A stretch of 49,616 nt of DNA, from the NCBI GenBank assembly GCA_964408495.1, contig CAYOZW010000001.1, positions 1-49,616 of the forward strand, given 5' to 3'. The translations under genes and the position numbers were made by a program. The notes beneath the pieces are model-generated. The model worked only from the letters and a program-made list of their open reading frames with translations, was not told the origin of the DNA and did no database searches. Shown here piece after piece: positions 44,610-49,616 of the stretch (the first letter of the stretch is position 1; each line of letters opens with the position of its first letter). The stretch comes from an uncultured Eubacteriales bacterium. Its GTDB lineage: Bacteria > Acidobacteriota > Aminicenantia > Aminicenantales > UBA8522.

Positions 44610-44948
44610 GATCAGTCGCAATCGGCCGCAGCGACCATTGAGGGCTCAGATGCCTTCGTTTCGCTATCATAGAATCCTTGCCATAATGTTCTTCGAGCGG
44701 GACACCCACCTCTGTTTTTTGTAACCAAGGCGAGGGGTATAGGCGAGAAGGTCATCCGGAGGCGAGCGGGCAGGGATCCGCGAAGCGGAGAGCGAGCCGA
44801 GGAAATAAGGGGATTTCCCTCGCCGGGGGAAATTCCCGGGCCTTCGAGCCTATACCCCGAGCCTCTGCGAGTTCCGCAGCCGCCGAGAAGAGCGTTGAGG
44901 AAACGGCGTTAAAAACCCGAAGGGGAGCTAGGCTGATTGCGACTGATC
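44610..44948 (+). ncRNA. candidate large structured RNA (unclassified); alternatively a palindromic DNA element
   Basis: No ORF of 60 aa or more on either strand. A 14/14-bp closing helix pairs 44610-44623 with 44935-44948. Nested helices pair 44689-44700 with 44880-44891, and 44728-44751 with 44841-44864; both contain tandem GA/AG mismatches. Apical hairpin 44809-44837. Strand inferred from G.A and G.U pairs. Confidence 0.35.
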
Positions 44949-45058
44949 AAGCTATCCCCCCTCTCCTTATCATCACGCTTTTCGTTATAGACCCAGCCTT
45001 GCGTTGACTTTTGTCGCGATTTGAGCGAAAATAAATTTGCATTGCGAGGCATTCGACG

Positions 45059-45193
45059 ATGAAAGATTTCTTCAAAACCTTACTCACCTTAGCCGCCGTC
45101 ATCACGGGCTTCTTGGTGGGGCTTCAGTGCGGCAGACAGAGGGAAAAAGCCAAGATCCCGCCTTTCCAGGAAGAGCCTGAAGAGCACATCTGA
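45059..45193 (+). CDS. possible 44-aa single-TM small protein
   Basis: ATG 45059 gives MKDFFKTLLTLAAVITGFLVGLQCGRQREKAKIPPFQEEPEEHI, ending at TGA 45191-45193. A TTGACT (45005-45010) with a weak -10 lies upstream. No clear Shine-Dalgarno; below the ORF-track size cutoff. Confidence 0.3.
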   Translation: MKDFFKTLLTLAAVITGFLVGLQCGRQREKAKIPPFQEEPEEHI

Positions 45194-45268
45194 AGTCTTC
45201 TTCTCAACTTCTAGCCGCTTCCTAGTCGCCCCCCCCGGCGACGGTCCTAACCTTCGATGAGACGGAAA

Positions 45269-45297
45269 TTGATTCTTGAGAGCTGGAAGCATATAAT
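45269..45297 (+). promoter_or_regulatory. sigma70-like promoter candidate
   Basis: TTGATT (45269-45274), 17-nt spacer, perfect TATAAT (45292-45297). AAGGA Shine-Dalgarno before ATG 45322. Confidence 0.5.
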
Positions 45298-45321
45298 AAA
45301 AATCAAGATCAAGGACAGGCC

Positions 45322-45594
45322 ATGAACTGGGGAACATACGGTATTTTGATCGTTTTCGGCGCCTTCGTCCTGCTGATGATCTTCAACCCCAGGATTTCGT
45401 GTTTTGGGAAACGCATCCGGTCGCCCTTTTATCCGCTCCTCCGAAAGAAAGGACGGAAGAGGACCGTGGTTCCGGCCGAGGATTACGGGTTCCGGCTGAC
45501 CGATGGAGAGGTCGGGAGCGCACCCGGGGGGGCCGCAGCCGGTCCGGAAAAGGCCAAGAAAACGGACGACTACGGATTCCGGCTTGACGAATAG
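45322..45594 (+). CDS. small membrane protein with duplicated DYGFRL motif
   Basis: N-terminal TM (GILIVFGAFVLLMIF), basic stretch, then EDYGFRLTD and DDYGFRLDE encoded with synonymous differences. Good promoter and Shine-Dalgarno. Confidence 0.6.
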   Translation: MNWGTYGILIVFGAFVLLMIFNPRISCFGKRIRSPFYPLLRKKGRKRTVVPAEDYGFRLTDGEVGSAPGGAAAGPEKAKKTDDYGFRLDE

Positions 45595-45636
45595 TCGGGA
45601 CTCTGTCTCGGGATGACGGGGCAAAAAGGAGGGGAG

Positions 45637-46308
45637 ATGAGGAGAAGCGCGCGAGCTGTCTCCTTGGCGGCAGCCTTGTCTCTTTTTTCCTGCTATCCAT
45701 CGCGTCCCTCTGTGGCTCCCCTCCCCGCCACCGTGAAATCGATCGAAGGCTATGCATCGCTCCGGTTGACCAGGGAAGGCAAGACGGCCAAGTCGAGGCT
45801 TTCCTTCGTCTTCTTTGTTCCCGACCGCGGACGGGTCGAAGTCATCGACCCGCTCGGACGGACGGCCTCGCTCCTCTTCCTGGTCGATGATCAGGCCTAT
45901 CTCGTTCTGCCGGGGAAGAGGGCCTATTGGAGATCGGACCGCGATGAGGTGATGTCCCGGCTGTTGGGTTTCGCTTTGAGTCCCGCGGACCTGACGGATA
46001 TCTTGACCGGACGGGCCGACCGCCTGGCCGACTGGGCCCTGGAGATGGACGGCCGGGGCCGAGTCAACCGCGGCCGCCAGGGCGCCCTTCTTTTTGAAAT
46101 CCGTCAGTTCTTCGAGCCGGGCCCTCTCCCTCAGCTCATCGTTTTCTCGAGCGAGGAGGCCAAGGGGAGTCTGAGGATCCTCCGGCTGAACTTCAATCAA
46201 TCTCTCCAGGCAGATGCTTTCCGTCTTTTTTTTCTCGAAGACGAGGCCTACCGGTCAACCACCTGGGATGAGGTCGAGCGCTGGCTTCGGGCAGAGTCCG
46301 AACGATGA
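45637..46308 (+). CDS. LolB-like outer-membrane lipoprotein
   Basis: AAGGAGG Shine-Dalgarno before ATG 45637. Lipobox LSLFSC. Block-wise resemblance to E. coli LolB (..SRLSFVFF....RVEVIDPLGRT..L.....AYLV..GKR....D.EEVM..LLG). Position directly upstream of ispE, as in lolB-ispE-prs. Confidence 0.7.
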   Translation: MRRSARAVSLAAALSLFSCYPSRPSVAPLPATVKSIEGYASLRLTREGKTAKSRLSFVFFVPDRGRVEVIDPLGRTASLLFLVDDQAYLVLPGKRAYWRSDRDEVMSRLLGFALSPADLTDILTGRADRLADWALEMDGRGRVNRGRQGALLFEIRQFFEPGPLPQLIVFSSEEAKGSLRILRLNFNQSLQADAFRLFFLEDEAYRSTTWDEVERWLRAESER

Positions 46309-47165
46309 AAGTCCGGTCCTTCGCCAAGATAAACCTGGGAACTGAAGTCCTGAAAAAGCGGCAGGATGGTTACCACGAGATAAAAACTCTTTTCCAAACG
46401 ATTGACCTGAGCGATACTCTCGAGTTCCGCCTTTTGGCCGGCCGGGAGGTCCGGCTCAGCGGGACCGATTCGACCATCCCTTGGGACGAGGGCAATCTCG
46501 TTTTCCAGGCGGCGCGACTGCTCCAGCAGTCCTTTCCGCATGCCGCCGGAGCGGAGATTCGGGTGACCAAGAAGATCCCAGCGGGCCGGGGCCTGGGCGG
46601 GGGGAGCGGCAACGCGGCCCTGGCCCTTGCGGCGTTGAATGATCTGTGGCAGATCGGGCTAAACCGTCTGGGCCTGCAGCCGTTGGCCCGCCGGCTGGGC
46701 GCCGACGTCCCCTATTTTCTGGAAGGCGGACTTTGCCTGGGGGAAGGCCGAGGAGACATGATTACGCCGCTCGACGACCTGCCTGTTCTTTACTGCGTCC
46801 TCGCCCTGCCCTCTTTTCCCATCTCGACCGCTGATATCTACGGCCGGCTGCGCTTGACTTCACCCGATAAAGACAGTAAAATTAACCGGTTTTTAGCGCG
46901 CAGAGAGTTCGGGCTATTAGAGAATAGACTCGAAGAAACCATCTTTAGCCTGTATCCTCGATTAAAAGCGATAAGGAGTTCTTTTCTTCAAAAGGAAGCC
47001 GTCCTTTCCCTCGTGAGCGGCACGGGGTCGGCGGTGTTCGGACTCTTCGAGGAGAGGGGAAAAGCTGTCCGGGCCCTCGCCGCGATGGAAACAACGGAGC
47101 AAGTGTTCATTGCGGAGACACTGCCTCGAGGGCGGTATTGGAAAAGAGCCACGGCTGGGGTGTAG
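46305..47165 (+). CDS. ispE: 4-diphosphocytidyl-2-C-methyl-D-erythritol kinase
   Basis: FAKINLG..V..KR.DGYHEI.TLFQTIDL and the GHMP motif KKIPAGRGLGGGSGNAA. Confidence 0.9.
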   Translation: MKVRSFAKINLGTEVLKKRQDGYHEIKTLFQTIDLSDTLEFRLLAGREVRLSGTDSTIPWDEGNLVFQAARLLQQSFPHAAGAEIRVTKKIPAGRGLGGGSGNAALALAALNDLWQIGLNRLGLQPLARRLGADVPYFLEGGLCLGEGRGDMITPLDDLPVLYCVLALPSFPISTADIYGRLRLTSPDKDSKINRFLARREFGLLENRLEETIFSLYPRLKAIRSSFLQKEAVLSLVSGTGSAVFGLFEERGKAVRALAAMETTEQVFIAETLPRGRYWKRATAGV

Positions 47166-47228
47166 CCAAGCGGTAAGGCAACGGACTTTGGATCCGTCAT
47201 CCGGAGGTTCGAATCCTCCCGCCCCAGT
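47157..47228 (+). tRNA. tRNA-Gln (anticodon TTG)
   Basis: Hand-folded cloverleaf. Acceptor TGGGGTG/CGCCCCA, D arm GCC-AAGCGGTAA-GGC, anticodon arm ACGGA-CTTTGGA-TCCGT, T arm GGAGG-TTCGAAT-CCTCC, discriminator G. Nearly colinear with E. coli tRNA-Gln. No encoded CCA. Confidence 0.92.
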
Positions 47229-47263
47229 TCAATGCTGAAAGGAATATGGACAAGGAAAGGCCG

Positions 47264-48193
47264 ATGAAAGTATTTGCCGGATCGTCGAACCAGGCTCTGT
47301 CCCGGGAGGTCGCTGCCTATCTTGGGATCGAGCTGGCGAACATCGCCCTCAGTCAGTTCAGTGATGGAGAGATCCACATCTACATCGATGAAAATGTCCG
47401 CGGCGAGGATGTCTTCATCATCCAGACAGGTTCGGCCGACTCGAATTTTCATCTCATGGAGCTTTTCCTGATGATCGACGCCGCCAAGCGGGCCTCGGCC
47501 GAGCGGATCACGGCGGTCATGCCGTACTACTGCTACGCCCGGCAGGACTGGAAGGACAGGCCCCGGGTGCCGATTTCAGCCCGCCTGGTCGCCGACCTCC
47601 TTGAAAAATCCGGCGCCGGCCGGGTCCTGGCGATGGACCTCCACTCCCCCCAGATCCAGGGGTTCTTTTCCGTTCCCATGGACAACCTGACCTCGATGCC
47701 TGTCCTGGCGAGGCACATCACCGGTCTTAACCTGGACAACCCGACCATCGTCTCGCCGGACGCCGGAGGTGTCGGACGGGCCCGGGTCTTTGCCCGCCGG
47801 CTGCGGGCCGGTCTGGCCATCATCGACAAGCGGAGACCCGCCCCCAATGTGGCCAAGGTTCACCATGTCATCGGCGATGTCCAGGGCCGCGATGTCGTCA
47901 TCTTCGACGACATGGTGGATACGGCCGGCACTCTCGTCCTCAGCGCCGACGCCCTGAAGAAAGAAGGGGCCCGGAGGATCCTGGCCGCTTGCACTCATGC
48001 TGTCCTTTCCGGCCGGGCGATCTCCAAGATCGAAGAATCGCCCCTTGAGAAAGTGATCGTCACCAACACCATCCCGCTCAACACCGCCGCGCAGGCCTGC
48101 TCCAAGATCGTCGTCCTGTCTGTGGCCGAGCTTTTTGGCGAAGCGATTCGCCGGATCAATGAAGGGAGCTCGGTGAGCTCCCTTTTTGCCTAA
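47264..48193 (+). CDS. prs: ribose-phosphate pyrophosphokinase
   Basis: MKVFAGSSNQALSREVAAYLG, YYCYARQD, HSPQIQGFF, VSPDAGGV, DDMVDTAGT. The alternative upstream ATG 47246 adds 6 aa. Confidence 0.93.
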   Translation: MKVFAGSSNQALSREVAAYLGIELANIALSQFSDGEIHIYIDENVRGEDVFIIQTGSADSNFHLMELFLMIDAAKRASAERITAVMPYYCYARQDWKDRPRVPISARLVADLLEKSGAGRVLAMDLHSPQIQGFFSVPMDNLTSMPVLARHITGLNLDNPTIVSPDAGGVGRARVFARRLRAGLAIIDKRRPAPNVAKVHHVIGDVQGRDVVIFDDMVDTAGTLVLSADALKKEGARRILAACTHAVLSGRAISKIEESPLEKVIVTNTIPLNTAAQACSKIVVLSVAELFGEAIRRINEGSSVSSLFA

Positions 48194-48200
48194 GGAGGAG

Positions 48201-48914
48201 ATGATGAGTTTCACCATCAAAGCGGAAAAGAGAGAGGCCTTCGGCAAGAACGCCTCCCGGAGGTTGAGAAAACAAGACCGCATCCCCGCCATCCTGTACG
48301 GGGAAAAGTCGGCCAATATCCCGCTCGTTCTGGATAAAAAGGACGTCATCATGATTTTGAAATCGGACAGTGGGGAAAACACGATCTTCAAGGTCGCCTT
48401 CGACGCCAAGGCCCAGGATGCCATGTTCAAGGATCTCCAGATCAACCCGGTGACGGACGAGCTCATCCATGCCGACCTCGTCCACATCGCCATGGACAAG
48501 GCCCTCCGGGTCAATGTCTCAGTTGAGCTCGAGGGAGACCCCGTCGGCGTCAAGACCGAAGGCGGGTTCGTCGATTTTATGACCCGTGAAGTGGAGGTCG
48601 AGTGCTTGCCCAAGAACATCCCCGAGCAGATCGTGATCGACATCAGCGGGTTGCATCTCCACGAGTCCCTGAAGGTCAGCGATATCGTCGCTCCGGAAGG
48701 GGTCAAGCTAATCACCGATCCGGCGACAGTCCTTGTGCTCATCGCTGTGCCGCACAAGGAAGAAGAGGTTGTCAAGCCGGAAGAAGAAGAGGTCGTGGCC
48801 GCCGAACCCACTGAGCCAGAGCTGATCAAGAAGGAGCGGGCGGAAAAGCCGGAAGAGGAAGAGAAGCCGGAGAAGAAAGAGAAGCCGGAGAAGAAAGAGA
48901 AGAAGGAGAAATAG
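48201..48914 (+). CDS. rplY: 50S ribosomal protein L25/Ctc with Lys/Glu/Pro-rich C-terminal tail
   Basis: AAGGAGG Shine-Dalgarno then ATG 48201. GKNASRRLRKQDRIPAILYG and the two-domain Ctc length. Confidence 0.9.
   Translation: MMSFTIKAEKREAFGKNASRRLRKQDRIPAILYGEKSANIPLVLDKKDVIMILKSDSGENTIFKVAFDAKAQDAMFKDLQINPVTDELIHADLVHIAMDKALRVNVSVELEGDPVGVKTEGGFVDFMTREVEVECLPKNIPEQIVIDISGLHLHESLKVSDIVAPEGVKLITDPATVLVLIAVPHKEEEVVKPEEEEVVAAEPTEPELIKKERAEKPEEEEKPEKKEKPEKKEKKEK
48843..48896 (+). repeat. three tandem 18-nt units inside the rplY tail
   Basis: GAGAAGCCGGAGAAGAAA occurs at 48861-48878 and is repeated exactly at 48879-48896. A degenerate copy, GAAAAGCCGGAAGAGGAA, precedes them at 48843-48860. 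They encode EKPEEE-EKPEKK-EKPEKK. Confidence 0.7.
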
Positions 48915-48923
48915 GAGCCGCGG

Positions 48924-49496
48924 TTGTGGGTCGTTGTCGGACTGGGCAATCCCGGACGCCGCTATGCCGGGACGCGTCACAACGTCGGCTTTATGCTTGT
49001 CCGGAGGCTGGCCCGTCGCTGGGATGTGAAGTTCCGGAAGCGAAAATACGGAGCCAAGGTCGCGGAAGTGAAGAGGGATAAAGAGCAGCTGGTTTTGGCC
49101 CAGCCCCAAACATACATGAACTTTAGCGGTCTGGCCGTGAAAGAGATTGTGGACGGATACCGGATCCCCGCTCAGAATCTCATCATTGTCTATGATGACC
49201 TCGATATCCCTGTCGGGAAGATTCGGGTCCGGAAAGAAGGCCGTCCCGGCAGCCATAAGGGGATGCGTTCCATCGTCGCCGAGATCGGGACGTCCGCGTT
49301 TCCCCGTCTCCGGATCGGGATCGGGCCGCTGGCCGAGGGCGACGATGCTGCGGAGTATGTCCTCTCGCCATTCTCCCGGGAAGAGCTGCTTGTTTTGGAG
49401 GCTGCGCTGGCCCGGGCCGAGGACGCCCTGGAGATGGTGCTCGACGGCCGGATCGAAGCGACTATGAACGCTTTCAATCAAAAAGGAATGACTTAA
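48924..49496 (+). CDS. pth: peptidyl-tRNA hydrolase
   Basis: VVGLGNPGRRYAGTRHNVGF and HKGMRSI motifs. TTG start with AGGAG 6 nt upstream. Confidence 0.92.
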   Translation: MWVVVGLGNPGRRYAGTRHNVGFMLVRRLARRWDVKFRKRKYGAKVAEVKRDKEQLVLAQPQTYMNFSGLAVKEIVDGYRIPAQNLIIVYDDLDIPVGKIRVRKEGRPGSHKGMRSIVAEIGTSAFPRLRIGIGPLAEGDDAAEYVLSPFSREELLVLEAALARAEDALEMVLDGRIEATMNAFNQKGMT

Positions 49497-49561
49497 CTGC
49501 AAATACGCTCCTTGTTCCTTCTTTAGAGAAGAGGGAGCTCTAATATCCATAAGGAGGTCAC

Positions 49562-49616
49562 ATGAAGTTCTACGAAACGGGGTTATTGATCGCCCCCAAC
49601 CTTTCCGAAGAGGACA
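49562..49616 (+). CDS. rpsF: 30S ribosomal protein S6 (3' end cut by window edge)
   Basis: AAGGAGG Shine-Dalgarno then MKFYETGLLIAPNLSEED, which resembles S6 N-termini (M..YE.....P.L). Only 18 codons are visible. Confidence 0.6.
   Translation, partial: MKFYETGLLIAPNLSEED

Noticed and set aside
44585-44725. 46-codon + strand ORF (MQLESGYGGISRNRPQRPL...) inside the structured region.
   Set aside because: It has no Shine-Dalgarno, an arbitrary basic composition, and crosses the helix-forming segments. It is probably a chance ORF.
44610-44948. Interpretation of the 14-bp inverted repeats as terminal inverted repeats of a MITE or IS remnant.
   Set aside because: No direct target-site duplication flanks the repeats (ACGGAGG on the left, AAGCTAT on the right). 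No transposase remnant is present. The internal helices with compensated tandem G.A mismatches look more like RNA structure. This cannot be excluded without a genome-wide copy count, so it is listed as the main alternative in the finding.
45247-46200. 317-aa minus-strand ORF spanning the DYGFRL gene and the LolB-like gene.
   Set aside because: The translation is R/G/P-rich low complexity. The + strand genes have promoters, Shine-Dalgarno sites, a lipobox and conserved synteny with ispE.
47157-47228. tRNA-Gln as an integration hotspot or genomic-island boundary.
   Set aside because: No integrase, no direct repeat of the tRNA 3' end, and no compositional island follow it. The flanking genes (ispE, prs, rplY, pth) are a conserved housekeeping block.
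47576-48949. 457-aa minus-strand ORF.
   Set aside because: It is antisense to prs and rplY. The sequence is S/T/F/G-rich and repetitive, mirroring the K/E repeat of the rplY tail, with no domain signature.
1-49616. Search for CRISPR arrays, transposases, integrases, toxin-antitoxin pairs or known defence-system genes.
   Set aside because: I found no spaced direct-repeat array. No ORF had recombinase, nuclease, helicase or ATPase signatures outside the housekeeping genes. The window appears to be core chromosome around oriC.

Overview
This is a gene-dense chromosomal segment from a diderm, probably anaerobic bacterium. Supporting genes are LPS heptose genes, Omp85- and LolB-like proteins, an Rnf complex and ETF. 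GC content is uneven: about 43-50% in some genes and 55-78% in others, from hand counts on 60-nt samples. The window covers the replication-origin neighbourhood: dnaA-dnaN, a DnaA-box cluster and a 20%-GC spacer. Content is mostly core housekeeping. In order: apgM (5' truncated), an AMIN-domain cell-wall amidase, a Tat-DUF362/polyferredoxin/membrane-protein module, glycoside-hydrolase-like proteins, etfBA, yceD-rpmF-fabG-acpP-fabF, and a lipase-like hydrolase with a compact PlsB-type acyltransferase. Then come polA, rnfCDGEAB-rseC-(NusG-II protein)-apbE, dnaN, dnaA, and a TPR-lipoprotein/lipoprotein/chimeric-Omp85 operon. The remainder is folD, rpmB, waaF-gmhB-relA, an FmdB-type zinc ribbon, Memo-AMMECR1, and lolB-like-ispE-tRNA-Gln-prs-rplY-pth-rpsF. 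I saw no CRISPR array, transposase, integrase or recognisable defence gene. The most unusual items are as follows. (1) A roughly 340-nt ORF-free element (44610-44948) has nested long-range helices, each carrying tandem G.A mismatches; it is a candidate large structured RNA. (2) An in-frame TGA splits a signal-peptide-bearing Memo-AMMECR1 fusion. (3) An outer-membrane protein fuses an HExxH domain, PD40 propeller repeats and an Omp85 barrel, and sits in an operon with two lipoproteins. (4) A Tat-exported DUF362 protein is paired with a NapH/NapG-like polyferredoxin. (5) The dnaN-dnaA block has much lower GC than its flanks. All functional calls come from motif recognition by eye; no database search was run.
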